NCBI RefSeq assembly: GCF_963921235.1
Contig: NC_086097.1
Coordinates: forward strand, 74,216,001-74,280,000
Direction of reading: 5' to 3'
From: Mobula hypostoma
Taxonomy: Eukaryota
Length of the DNA: 64,000 nt
Under the pieces are notes generated by a model. The model saw only the letters and a program-made list of their open reading frames with translations, was not told where the DNA came from and ran no database searches. How positions within the stretch are numbered: position 1 is the first letter of the stretch; every line of letters starts with the position of its first letter. The position numbers were made by a program, and so were the translations under genes. Below are positions 26,601 through 39,410 of the stretch, one piece after another.

Positions 26601-27395
26601 TCACGGGACACTCTGGGTGATGGAACACCATGCCGCAAACAAACCCTTTTACAATGACTGGGCCAAGCAATAATTCTCCCCTCCTCCCCAGTCCATGAAT
26701 GGGTTATGCTGGAACAGACAAGTGTACCCGAGGATCAGGAGTATGAGTGGAGAGTCAATAATGTAGTAACTAATATCTTCCACATGATCCCCCATCCTCA
26801 TCTGCAAAACCACAGTCAGCACAGTCCCGCTAAGGAGTCTTGGCCTGAAATGTCGACTGTACTCTTTTCCATAGATGCTGCCTGACCTGCTGAGTTCCTC
26901 CAGCATTTCATGTGTGTTGCTTGGATTTTCAACATCTGCAGATTTTCTCCTGTCTGTTGCTGGATCCACCCAGAATCTAGCGGGCGGCCATTCAATTCAG
27001 TTGCTGGCATGGACTGGCTTAACTCTCACAGTGATATGTCAAATCGATGGGCGGATCTTAAATCCAGAAAACCACCCGCTGCCCCAGAGTCCACAAAAGC
27101 CTTCAATTGCCTCAAGTTCTTACCCCCGGTGAGTTCTGCCTCAGCATGAAACCAGAATCCATGAGATTGGGTGTAGTGGCTGTTACTGTCCTGACACTGG
27201 ACAGACTCCCGGTGGCTGCAACTTCAGATATTCGGCCCGCAGGCGACCTGCTTTCCTGTAGTAAAAGCAGCAACCTTGACTTCAACGCTGGGACCTCTTA
27301 TCGGTGGAGAGTCTAGTACTGCTGACCTGCATGGGTTTGATTGGATCTTGAGCACTTTAAACCTCGACCTTCCAGTTCTGGATTCACTTCAAAAT
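23611..27395 (-). mobile_element. Chromovirus-type (Sushi-like) Gypsy LTR retrotransposon, degraded; 3' LTR ~23611-23921
   Basis: Degenerate zinc knuckle at ~27230-27280, protease [25 protein letters not shown], integrase SSGFHPQSNGQTEQTNQ, chromodomain (ORF 23848..24114: YLMDWEGFGLEEKCWV). On the minus strand a PPT precedes a TGTTA...TCACA LTR. Confidence 0.92.
26821..26953 (+). mobile_element. Penelope-like terminal repeat with degenerate hammerhead, inserted in the chromovirus
   Basis: CAGTC..GAAATGTCGACTG followed by the family tail ATAGATGCTGCCTGACCTGCTGAGTTCCTCCAGCATT. Confidence 0.8.
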
Positions 27396-27396
27396 G

Positions 27397-27855
27397 CTAT
27401 ACCTTTCTATAAGAACACCCCCTGTCTGCTGTGCTATGCTCCTGTGAAATAAGAGCCAACCCACTCAACCTCTCCTCATAACTCAGTGCCTCAATCCTGG
27501 CAGCATCCCTGTAACTCTCCTCAGCACTCTTCTCACTTAATGGCATCTTTCCTACATATGGGGGCCAAAACAGAATACGATATTCCAAAACACATGCTGG
27601 AAATCCAGAGTAAGTCTCAGTCCGAAACATCAACTGTTTATTCATTTCCATAGAGGTTGCCTGACCTGCTGAGTTCCTCCAGCATTTTGTGGGTATTGTT
27701 CAGGATTTCCAGCATCTGCAGAATCTCACAATATTTCAAATGTAGCCTCCCCACTGTCTTGTACAACTGCAACATATCATCCCAACCTGTCATCTCAGTG
27801 CTCTAACTTATGAATGCCAATGTGCCGAGTGCCTTCTTCACCACCCTTTCTACCA
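27397..27855 (-). mobile_element. CR1 fragment containing a Penelope terminal-repeat insertion (27590-27727)
   Basis: CR1 motifs LEY..FWPPY and LSYEERL. Insert flanked by an imperfect 13-bp TSD, ACGATATTCCAAA / ACAATATTTCAAA. Confidence 0.75.
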
Positions 27856-29504
27856 AAAGAAAACCTTGCATTGAATGGCAAGGAAAGTCTGATGATATTT
27901 TATCATAATGGAGCAGAAACTACTCACCTGCCTGCATGTGGAATTTTTTTTTCACTGTCTTAAAACACAAGTAATGTTTAATAATCCTAAATTCTAAAAA
28001 TAAACTTTGAGCAAATCTTTCATTCTGGCACCTTGATGTTACAAAACATCAAAAATGAATATGCTCACACACACAAGGAGCAAAGGACTTCTACGTGTCC
28101 CTGAGCTTAGCCTGGGAGCGGGGCTAGGAGTATTATCACTCATAGTTACAGCTCAAGTGAGAATAGTGGAGTGAATATCAGAAGAAAATAAATAAAAATA
28201 AAATTAATGGCTGAAGACCCACGTTCCGTTTCACAAATAGAGCATTGTCATGGGTTACATGTTGATAACACAGCTTGTTCTATCCTAACCCTAGATTCCG
28301 ACTCTGTACAGAGGGTGGATGATTTTCTTCTAAGATATTCTGGTTTCCACCCAGATTTCAAAGATGAGTGAGTTAGCAGATTAACTGGCCGTTGTAAATT
28401 GCCCCTTGTGTACAGGTGTGTGGTAGAATCTGGTGGGAATTATAGGAATGTGGGGAGAAGGAAATGGGCTGCATGTAGGATTAATTTCAATGGGTGAGGA
28501 TTTAGTTAGGCCTGGGGGTATGTTCCTGTGCTGTGTGACTATGAATATATTTTTTAGTGTTTATTGTTTCCAATATTTATCTGTAGTGAACTTTCTGTAG
28601 CAAGTTCAGTCCTAGAGGAAATACATACCATTCCTGAATGATGACCCACAAAGATCTCATACACCTAAAACCTAAATCGTCATCTGGAAAAGGTTTACTA
28701 GCTATTTAAGAATAAAGTTCAAGGTAGACCAAACAAATGGACAGGTGTTTGCAGAGATGTAAGGTAATGGGCCAGTACAAACAAATTTTGGCTCTTTTCC
28801 TTTGAACAATCTAGGTTGCGGAGGTTCTCGCACAGTGCTGTAGCGAGATCCAGGACTTCATCTGAATGGTGGTGAAGGAACAGTGATATATTTCCAAGTG
28901 GGGATGTCACAGGGCTTGGAAAAGGATACATAGGGGCTACCATCTGTATGCACAAGGGCCTTTGTTTCTCTAGGCACCAGTGGCTGCAGAAGGAAAAGTG
29001 CAAGATGGGGGCTGCAATGAGCAGTGGGGAGAGGGGAGGAACACAAGAAGTAAGTGAAAACATGATTGCTGGCCTGTAAATAAGAAGAGTGTGGGGAAAT
29101 GAGAACACAAAGCTAGATATGAGCTTACCATCACCTTAGCTAATCCAGAGCTCTGAAACAGACTGAGCATTCTGGTCAAGAGCCCTGAAACACACTGAGC
29201 ATTCTCTCCTTCACAAGGATTTAGGGTGATGATGCCACACCTGTTCCTCACTGCCTTGCTGCAAGATCGAGTGACAAAATATTTTTAGATGATGCAATCA
29301 TCATTATAGTAGCGAGCATTGTGTGTAAGTTAAGCAATCCACCTGTGTGTGTGTGCATGTGCATGCATTCCATAGAACTAATGGATGCTGGATCCAAGTC
29401 CTCAGAGCTGATTCAGACTGTCTCCTGGCATACAAGTACAGTGGAGGTGGACGTAGGGGTGGGGGGTAGCTGGGTGATAAAGAATTTGAAAAAGGATTCA
29501 CTGA

Positions 29505-29640
29505 CCTTGAGAATGTACACAAGGCCAATGAAGTTTTTTTTTGCATTGTATCCAGGTCCACAGAGCTTTACTCCTGCATTCGTTTCCACAGTTGTCTCCT
29601 CCTCAGCTTTTTCAGCCTGCTGCTGGAGGACCTCTTGGTA
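29505..29640 (-). mobile_element. Degenerate Myb/SANT-like segment, possibly PIF/Harbinger-derived
   Basis: Frameshifted pieces EEETTVETNA / RSKALWTWIQCKKK / FIGL resemble the W..V...VNA....RTW.QCRKKFNDL signature. Confidence 0.4.
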
Positions 29641-29644
29641 TCCG

Positions 29645-30000
29645 ACTAATTCATGGTGGTTCCCTCTCATCAGATCAAGTTTTGCTGTATGTTTAGTCAC
29701 TTTGGCCTTAATTATAGCTTACAATAACTTCCACATAACAGATGTTAATGTAACATGCTTATAATTTCCTCTCTCACCTTTCTGAAACAATTTAGACATT
29801 ATTGCAATTTTCGTACCCAAAGGGACAATTGCTGATTCGAGAGTACCTTGGAAGATTACAGCTCAAGCATCTATAATTTCTCCACCTAATTTCTTTGCGT
29901 TCATCAGGGGTGGAAATAATCATATCCTGGGGATCTTTTCGGTCTTTAGTGTCATTATTTTTTTCTAATCCTGTTCTATATTTTATTTTAACTTTGGTGA
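29645..30000 (-). mobile_element. Old CR1 RT fragment
   Basis: GNYKHVTLTSVMWKLL and VTKH....LMRGNHH resemble GNYRPVSLTSVVGK...SQHGF. Confidence 0.55.
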
Positions 30001-31404
30001 ATTCTGAGTACAAAACTTTATGGCTAATGCTGAGGGCTGAGAATTCTTTCAGGAACCCTACAGGCACTGTCAAATTACTGATAGATTTGCATTCTGCTGA
30101 AATGCAGCGGGAGAGCTCCATCTTGCTGAGACTTCCCTAGCACTTACACAGGGGTAATTACCTCTTGGCTCCTGCTGAAGGATCTGCCCCACCCCCCATT
30201 GATTACAGTGGGAATTGTAGCGCTCAGTTCTCTTATTCAAAGATTATTTCCATTTTAATTTAATGATTTTAATTATTTGTACCTTTGGCTACCTTTTTTA
30301 AAAACAAAATTTTAATGATTTAATATGTAAAATTAATTACTTCAATTTTAATGTTTTTTTCAGTTCCTTTGAACATCAGAGATACAATACAGACTATTAC
30401 AAGCTTCTCAACAATTTTACAGCCGAGGAAGCTGGTGGGGGAGCTCTTCCAGCTGTCTATGATTTCATGAGTTTGTTTGCTGTGCCTTTGGAAGCTTCGC
30501 TGCCACTCAGCCCAGCCACTGGAGCTTCCATCCAGTGACATTGGACCAGTTGAGGACTGGCTTAGGAAGACGACAAGTGGTGATTTAGCCCTCTGGACAT
30601 GGGTCAGTAAGGTTTAACCAATTGCTGATATTCTTGGAACATAATGTCTACTTCCTTTTACTGTGAATTTTGACAGAAATATGCAACAAATGTGCCATTT
30701 CTTTACTTCCACTGAGTAAAGTATATTTTTTTACTTTTACTTCACCTATTCCTCCTCTTGTTGAAGATTGCGCTTGATCTCTGATTCCTTCCAAGATTAT
30801 AAAAACATATTAACCTTTATGTCCATTGCATGCTTCACTTAATAATCTCATTGTTGAATTGAAGAATGATCACAACACAGGAGGCCATCGTGCCCACTGA
30901 GTCAGTGCGTGCTCTGTGTAAGACATTCCAGCTGATTTAATTCTCCTATCCTCTACCCAGAGCTCAGAAAATTACTTTCATTTTACCACTTACTAAATTC
31001 CCAGTTAATATATATGAACAAGCTTTCTCAACTACACTGGCTATGCATTCCAATCACTCACTGCAGAAATCTATAAGTGCTTTTGCCTTCCATTTCTCCA
31101 TATTTCCTTACAACATAGAAGAAAAACATTCAGTCCATCACTTCTGTGCAGGCTTACAGAGCAATCCCATTCCCCTTCATACTTTACTTGTAAACTTTCT
31201 CTCACATTCTCATTAATTTTACTATCCACCTATGCCAGGGGTAATTTTTCACTGGTTATTTATCTCCATAACTCAGCATGTCTTTTGGATATGGGAAGAA
31301 ACCAGAGCACCTGGGAGCATGTGCAAACTCCAATCAGACAGCACTGGAGGGCAGGACTTATCCTGAGTTGGTCGAACTGTGAGGCAGTGGTAGCTCAACT
31401 AATG

Positions 31405-31560
31405 TTGGTGCAAAAAACAAACAGCTGGAGGAACTCAGCGTCCAGGCAGCATCTATGGAGGGAAATAGACCATCAACGTTCTGAGTTGAGACCTTTCATC
31501 TGGACAGGTCTCAACCTGAAATGTATGCTGTCCATTTCCTCCACAGGTGCTGCTTAACCC
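31405..31560. mobile_element. Inverted pair of Penelope terminal repeats
   Basis: A minus-strand copy and a plus-strand copy meet at the hammerhead region (~31505), forming an imperfect palindrome. Confidence 0.65.
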
Positions 31561-31994
31561 ATCTCTAGTATCTGCGATTCTTCGTCTCTATCAATATTTG
31601 TTTCCACTATTTCACATTTACTTCCTTTTTTCTTTGAAGCCCATCCCCATCTCTGCAACTTTAATGTGCTTGCTTTCTCATTTTTCCAATTCTGATGAAG
31701 ACAGATTCACCTGAAATGTAAACTCTGCCCCACTTTCCACAGATTCTGCCTGATCCAGTGAGTATCTCCAGCATTTTGTCTTTACTTTTTTTTATTTTCA
31801 CTGTTACTGTGAATTTCCATTACAGAGCCATTTTTCTAAGAAATGTTGCCAATGTACCTTTCATGCTGTGAATTTCAATCTTGATATCAAGCCTATTCTA
31901 TGACACATTAAAATGGCATTTGGAAGTACATTTATACCACATCAGCTGCATTTTCTTCTTTGTTACTTGATCAGAATACCTAGTAAGCTAATTA

Positions 31995-33700
31995 GAACAA
32001 TTGATCTTTAAAGGAATCCATGGTGACATTTAGCAATTAAGCCATACCTATCCATGTGACCACATACCCCAATTATTTCCAGAGTTTTGCCCATTACTAA
32101 AGATAAATTGACTGATTTGTGGCTTCTGGTTTTGTCGCTAAACCCTATTTTGCACAAGGATGTAACTTTTGTAATTTTCCAGTCTTCAGAATCAATAGAT
32201 ATCTGGATGAATAGGACCTGTGTTTCGGTAAATTCTTCCTTGCTTTCCCACAACAACCCAAACACATTCAGTCTGGACTATGGGACTTACCTATATTGAT
32301 TGTTGTCTGTTGTATCCAACAATGACAGGCGGCCTGTGTGGGAGAGTTTTTAATGTGCAAAAGATGTTCACTGGGGTAATCTATCAATATAAAATAAAGC
32401 TAATAACTCCACTTCATCAATTTTTAGCATTCCATAATCTCAACAGCATCATCTGTTGGTGATACTTCAGCAGCGTCTTGTTTCTTGGCAAAGACTCACC
32501 TAATGTGTCAGCATCCTTGAATAGATTTCCTTTTAATCTCCAACTAGCTCCACCTCTCATTGTAAAATTTATTGTATCCACATGCTTGTAAAATAGTTGT
32601 CTCATTCCCATTTATATCTTTCTCCTGCTCTCTCTTTGCCTCATTTTTAACTTCCCCGACAAACTTTCTGTATTCCATCTGATTCTCATTTAATAACCTG
32701 ACATTTGCCACATGCTTTTTGTTCTTCTCAATTTTTCTCTGTCCTTTTGAACATCCATGAAACTCTACCCTTCCTTAACCTTCTCTGCCATGGGAATCCA
32801 CCTGGATGATAGCTGAAACCTTTCCAGTTTAAAGGCTCCCATTGCTTATGCATGGTTTTACCTGTCAAGCTTCGATTCCACTTTGTCCAGGTCAAATCTT
32901 TTAACATCCAATTGAAGCTGACGTTTCTCTAATTGACTGATTTTAACTCGCAGTGTTTAATATCCTTTTCCAGAGCTATTGTAAGCTCTATGATATCATG
33001 ATCACTGTTTTCTACATAGTGCCCCACTGACACCTGCTCCACTCGGCCTGGCTCATTTCCCAGAACTAAGGCCACAAATGGGACAGAAATGATCAGATCA
33101 AAAACGTACTCTTAAATCCCTTGCAGAAACTCCTCCCCCTTTTGGTTCCTCATGATATTGCTGTATTTGTCTATATTTGGATAGTTGAAGTCCTTTATTA
33201 ACGTTCCCCTTAGGGTCTTGCAGATCTCTGTAGCATTTTACAAATTTGCTTCTCTATATCCTTCCTGTTTGTTAGCAGCCCTGTGTCAATGAGTAAAGTG
33301 TATGTATCTAATCACAATCCTATACAAAATTGATATCTGTACCCGGCTGGAAGCCTGAGAAGAGTTTATCAATCTTATTGTTTAACTCTACATAGATGGA
33401 CTCTGTTTATCCTTGAAAGTTCCAGGACATCCTCTCTCTCCAGCAATGTAAAATTCCTTTTAGTCAACACTACCACTCCCCTCCTTTCAATCTTCTCCTC
33501 CCTCTCTAGCCCAGACACTTTGTACAGTTAGAGCCCATTAATGTCCCTTTCTTTTGGCTTGATCTAGGTTATTATTATGACATTGTAACCTCATATAGTT
33601 GTATGAGCCAGACATTTATAGGGTTTAAGTACATGTGCTGTAAGGTTTTCGTAGACATTGCTCTTCCCTCTCTTGGTCTAGCCCTGTATAAAACATTCCT
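31995..33700 (-). mobile_element. Old, highly degraded CR1 (endonuclease to RT)
   Basis: EDWKITKVTSL, VNLSLVMGK, CHHGFL, and a DFNYP APE motif remnant. Confidence 0.6.
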
Positions 33701-35834
33701 GAACACATACCAGTCTCTTTCTAGGTGATGATACCAAGTGACAAATGGCCCATGTTACTGTGAGCTACAGGTGGCTGAAAGAAAAACCCATAAATATCTT
33801 CCAGAATGTATAGTGTGCTGTTGGGTGGCTTCTTCATATATTCACCCTTCAGACACTGGAAAGCCCCCAAAGTGAAGTCAGCCAATTACTGTGCTTTTTC
33901 GTTGAAAATGAATTACACAGCGCAGAAAAGAAGGCGTATGCAATCTAATGTCAAGGCAGCAATAGTCATTTGAGTAACAAATTCCTGATGTGATTCACTG
34001 TTTGACGTTTATAATCCTTGATACAATTGCAGTGCCAAAGTCTGTTTGTGGATATTGCAAGGAAAAGACTCTCATCTCTTCCAATTCCCATGAAGGGAAA
34101 GACGATAAATCCTACAAAGACATTGAGGCAAAAGGATACGTTTCCGTGTGAAGTTGGGATTTAGTATAATATAACATTGATGATGTGGCAATATTTAAAT
34201 CAGTTATGAATCATACATAGATAAAAATTTGCCATTTAATCATGAAAGAGTTAAGTTTGAACACAATTTCTGATAGTTAAATGGGCTCACTATGTCTGAA
34301 GATTTGCAGAGATTAGGATCTGATGGAACCCAACATTTTATTAGCTCTAATGATTTTACATAGAATATTACTTTACAATTAGCTTTTGTAATGCAAAAGA
34401 ATGCCATTGTGCCTTATACTTATATCACAAAGTTTTATCAGTGATTTGCTGGATGTTGTAATTAGGATGGCTGCCCTATAATCTGCAGTGCACTGATTAA
34501 ATTCCATTTCATCTGACAAACACGATCTTTATCCAGGAAATAGTTTGTAATCAGAATATTGGATCTGACATCAGAGGTAGCCACACAGCCTTCCCTTAAA
34601 CTCCCTGCTTCAAAGGTCTTCTCATTGCTATTATTGGTCTTACTAATGATGAAGTATGACACTCAGTAAACAGAATCTGGACCAGTACAGGGCTCTGTGC
34701 TTTTCTTGGCAAGGAAAGCTCTACTGGATGCCAAATCAATTTGGCTTTCATTAGAGTGGCTTTATATCTGCAAATGTTTTTGTGTCTGGCTGTGGTTTTG
34801 TTTAAATGATGTAATTTCTCCCAAATCATAGCCAACACCTGTTTCTATTAACAGAGGCCTATGTGTATAACTTTATTTGAACCCACTTTTAGAAAAAGCA
34901 CTGAACTTGGGTCAGACTAATAACAAATTATGTCCCCCAAAAAATGAAAGGAAGTAATTTGTTATTGTGACATGATACATCACCGTCTTCACAGTGTTGG
35001 AAACATAACTGGAGTACATTTTTAAAAAATGCTCTTCATTTGATTATTCCATACCTGCTACAGAGTATCTTTGGTTGTCACTGTGGCTTATGTTTAGATG
35101 TTGTTATATTGTGTTTTTTTTTTCCTGGCATTGTGTAGCTATTTTTTATTTATAAGACACAGAAAAAAATGTCTAACAGATAAAAATTGGTTGTGGCTCC
35201 TTCCGGGCACATAACCAACCAAGAACAGGCAGTACAACCTCGAACTGAGAGGACTCCAGAGGCAGCTGATCCATTATATGGACTTCAGCTGTGTGCTGCC
35301 AGCCACATTGGCTGTGGTCCATGAATGGAAATTGATAGATAGACTAGGAGAACTGGTCTGTAGTGAATCTCTGGAACATGAAGGATGGAGAGAATTATTC
35401 CCACCCTCTTTTAGCTCCACAAGATTTACTTTAAATGGAGTAAGGGCTCACTGCTTATAATAAAAAAAAAGCTCAATAAGATTTTCAGAAAACCCTGTCT
35501 ACTCATCGTAAACAAATTTAATATAGAAAACAAGGCTTCTCCCGGTCGTTTGCTGAAGTAAAAAGGTTAAGATTTGTTTCAGGCTAGTGGTACAGACATC
35601 CAGATAATCACCTTAATCACCTCTGCAAGACAACACCAGGCGGAGGGTACTGCAGTACTATCATATCTTGTATTAAGCATAACCCTTGATGCAAATGCTT
35701 CCACTCAGACACTGGATTGCTTCTCTGCACCAGATTTAGAATGCAAAATTAGCACTTAGCCAACTGTACCCTATGATATAATTGGCAGAACCTTGGGGGG
35801 GGGCAGCGGTAGAAACACTAACTCTGCTAGCAAA

Positions 35835-36128
35835 GTGGCACATGGCCAAGTGGTTAGGGCATTGGGCTCACGATCTGAAGGTCGTGGGTTCGAGTCTCGG
35901 CCAAGGCAGCGTGTTGTGTCTTTGAGCAAGGCACTTAACCACACACTGCTCTCGTCCACTCAGCTGAAAATGGGTACCGGCAACGCTGGGGGTTAACCTT
36001 GCGATAGACTGGCGTCCTATCCGGGGGGCGGTGGGGTGGCGAGTGTCATACTCTCGGTCGCTTCACACCACAGAAACCGGCATAAGCACCAGCCTGATGG
36101 AGCACAAGGCTCGGGACAGACTTTTAAA
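35835..36128 (+). mobile_element. tRNA-derived SINE (Meta-SINE-like central domain), inserted in the head of a V-SINE
   Basis: A box TGGCCAAGTGG, B box GGTTCGAGTC, central AAATGGGTACCGGC...GGGGGTTAACCTTGCGATAGACTGGCGTCC. Flanking direct repeat CTGCTAGC at 35824-35831 and 36129-36136. Confidence 0.75.
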
Positions 36129-36136
36129 CTGCTAGC

Positions 36137-36462
36137 GGAGCCACTGCCTCACTGTTACTGAGACCTGTGATCAATCCTGATCTCAGGTGCTGTCTGCAGA
36201 AGTTTGTAGCTTCCCCCTGTGACTGCTTGGGTTTCCCCTGGGTGTTCTGGTTTCCACCCATGTTCCAAATACATGTGAGTTGGTAGGTTAATTGGCCATG
36301 GTAAATTTCCATTTGTCTACATGTGACCCAGTAGAACTGGGAGGAATCAAAGAGATTGTAGGTAGAGTGAATAAAAATTAGATTAATATAGGAGTGTAAA
36401 ATACCTGGTTGATGGCCAGCATGGAGTAATTGGACTAAAGGGCTGTTTCCATCTCTTAATGA
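36137..36462 (+). mobile_element. V-SINE body, degraded
   Basis: GTGACTGCTTGGGTTTCCCCTGGGTGTTCTGGTTTCCACCC V-domain-like core. Confidence 0.65.
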
Positions 36463-36865
36463 TTGACATTTCAGTATTTGAGTCAGGTACATGATTTTTA
36501 AAAAATCAATTTTAATTCCTGTTCACTGCAACTAAACATCTCAATCTCTCGAGATACATCAAGTATAAATCATGGACCACTAAAAAGGTGAAAAGTATGA
36601 ATGCAAAGACAATGGAAATAGGAACTAACAAGTTGGTTAAACCTAGCAGGGGTTGAAAAACTACAAGATCATAGCTGAAGGCAAAGTCAGAGAGCAATGA
36701 GAAACTTACAGTCTTCCAAAAAGAATAAATGTGATTTGTTTTTTAAAAATAATACTTAAGAGATTATCAAGGAAAGGTACAGTAATTGTGAATAGAATTA
36801 TGCCAAAGCATTTTGCAAAGTGCCAATGTTTTCGACTAAAGAGCCTAACATAGATCTGATTTCAC

Positions 36866-37865
36866 ATATTTATTTATTTTTATTTAGAGATACACTGTGG
36901 AGCAGGTCCTTTCAGCCCATCAAGCTGCCCAACCATCTACTGAACACTGGCCGAATCACAGGGCAATTTATAATGACCAATTAACCTACTAACGGGTACG
37001 ACTTTGGACTGTGGGAGGAAGCCGATGCGGTCATAGTCATAGTCATACTTTATTGATCCCAAGGGAAATTGGCTTTCGTTACAGTTTCAACAACCAAGAA
37101 TAGAATATAGATATAGCAATATAAACCATAAATAATTAAATAATGACATGTAAATTATGCCAGGATATAAGTCCAGGACCAGCCTATTGGCTCAGGGTGT
37201 CTGACCCTCCAAGGGAGGAGTTGTAAAATTTGATGGCCACAAGCAGGAATGACTTCCTATGACGCTCAGCATTGCATCTCGATGGAATGAGTCTCTGGCT
37301 GAATGTACTCCTATGCCCAACCAGTACATTATGTAGTGGATGGGATACATTGTCCAAGTTGGCATGCAACTTGGACAGCATCCTCTTTTCAGACACCACC
37401 GTCAGAGAGTCCAGTTCCATCCCCACAACATCACTGGCCTTACGAATGAACTTGTTGATTCTGTTGGTGTCTGCTACCCTCAGCCTGCTGCCCCAGCACA
37501 CAACAGCAAACATGATAGCACTGGCCACCACAGACTCGTAGAACATCCTCAGCATCATCCGTCAGATGTTAAAGGACCTCAGTCTCCTCAGGAAATAGAG
37601 ACGGCTCTGACCCTTCTTATAGACAGCCTCAGTGTTCTTTGACCAGTCCAGTTTATTGTCAATTTGTATCCCCAGGTATTTGTAATCCTCCACCATGTCC
37701 ACACTGACCCCCTGGATGGAAACAGGGGTCACAGGTGCCTTAGCCCTCCTCAGGTCCACCACCAGCTTGGTCACGGGTTGAATGTAAAAGCTCCTTATAG
37801 ACAGCACTGGAAATTAACTCTGAACTCCAACGCCCAGAGCTGTAATAGTATCGTACTATATTATG
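36866..37865 (-). mobile_element. V-SINE split by a Rex1 insertion
   Basis: 3' half at 36866-37033 with an (AAAT)n tail; 5' half at 37769-37865. Confidence 0.65.
37034..37768 (-). mobile_element. Young Rex1/Babar LINE 3' fragment
   Basis: ORFs 37562..37807 and 37184..37558 are in frame, separated by one TGA (YKYLGIQIDNKLDW..KKGQSRLYFLRRLRSF). (TGACTA)n tail. TSD GGTCA at 37029-37033 and 37769-37773. Confidence 0.92.
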
Positions 37866-38819
37866 GCAGCTCCCCAAGGCTGCCATATTGAATGGCACTG
37901 CAACCATAGCTGAAAGCTACAGACATTTCCATTTTATCAAAAAACTACAAAATAGATTATATAAATTTATAGCAACTTTTATGTGTGTTGCTTGAAATTC
38001 CAGCATCTGTGGATTTCCTCGTGTTTCGTATATAAATTTAAATCCTACTTGCAATATTGCAAGTGTTTTCTGTCTCACAACAAGTCTTTTCTGACTGAGA
38101 TAACTTAGGGCACTCCTTAGAGCACAATGTCAGGTCTAGCTAAAGCATTCCATTTCTACAGTTTTTTTTGATCATTTGATGGAGTGAAGATGGAGAAGCA
38201 AAACTGAAATACAAGGATTTGGCCTGCTGTTGATCCCAGTATTAGTAATATAGGAGTAAAAAGTTAATTCAACCGAGACTGACAGAAGTGTTCCACTAAT
38301 TACTGCCTGCAGCCTCTGGAGATAGCTTGGTTCATAACTCCAGATGCACAGATCCTAAAGAAAGTACTCTTTCCTAATTTAGAGATCAGCAAAGGGGACT
38401 TTGGCCTGATGTCTGCCACTAAGATCAAGCAATACCTATTTATCAACATCTTAGTGGAGGAGGAGGAGAGGCGAGTCGTGGCCAGCAGAAGGAAGTACAA
38501 AGAGCCTCCCAACAACACAAAGTCTGAGTCGGGTGCTTTGCAAGAAAGGTTTCCAAGAATGGCTAGAGGATTTGTTATAAAGATTATGCAGTCAAGCATC
38601 TATATCAGTGACTGCAAAAGACATCAGCAACTTGATTTTTTATTGTCACTGACTCATGTAGAGCAGCAAGAAGGAATTTTTGTAACATTATCCAAGACCA
38701 GGAACATTTAAACATTATATATATTTATAGATATATATAAACACACACACACAAATACAGTAGGACAGGAGGAATAGTGTTCTAGCTATATTGTAAACAA
38801 ATGATCGTAAAGCTTTCTC

Positions 38820-39410
38820 TTAGGTGAGATTGACCATGGTGTTGTGTCCTAGAAGTCTACGTGATACATAAGCCAGTACCCAATCCAGGACAGCACGATA
38901 TGGAGAGAAAGCTGTTGCCCATGCAGCAAGCTCCCTCTCTCCATGCAGCTGGTGAATCCAAGGGAATGGCAGAGAATAATACAGTTTGGCATCAGCAGCA
39001 TTGCAGAAGTTGCCAGTGAGCATTGAACTCAATATAGGACTGCCTTAGAGACCCCAGTTCTGAAGGGTTTACTCATGAAGCCTTCCCCATGAGTGGTTAT
39101 AGTCACAAGGCAGTGGAGGTTTGAGTTCAGAGTTTTCCTTCTCCTAGATGAGTTGCCAACCACAGACGATGAGCCCCTGTTGTCCAAAGTGACTGGTTTT
39201 AAGGTACCTGTAACCCAACTTTGCCCCTTTCTCCTAGCAGTAGAAATGGTTCTGCCAGGCTCAGTAGCTAAGCCACACTTGAAGGCCAAGAGCTGGACTT
39301 GGTTGTCAGAGGCTATTTGAAATGCACGCCATTGAGAGCATTTAATAGGTAGTGGGAGCTTATCGCCACTACCCCCCCCCCCCCTTGGCTAGGACAACCT
39401 TGAGGAACAA
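38820..39410 (-). mobile_element. RTE-related non-autonomous element
   Basis: Contains GGCAACTCATCTAGGAGAAGGAAAACTCTGAACTCAAACC, which I recall as an RTE 5'UTR-type motif. Its 3' ~200 bp resemble the body of the SINE at 55068-55366. Confidence 0.5.

Noticed and set aside
29413..29700. Host exon suggested by the 95-aa ORF and an AAG|GTCAGT donor
   Set aside because: The N-terminal part is CR1 RT and the rest is better explained as a frameshifted Myb/SANT transposon remnant.
33970..34115. Minus-strand exon after the acceptor-like tgtctttgtag
   Set aside because: No convincing donor, all frames stop within about 50 codons, and no recognisable peptide.
35835..35910. tRNA gene (also ~55295-55366)
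   Set aside because: A and B boxes are present but continue into SINE bodies flanked by TSDs, so these are SINE heads.
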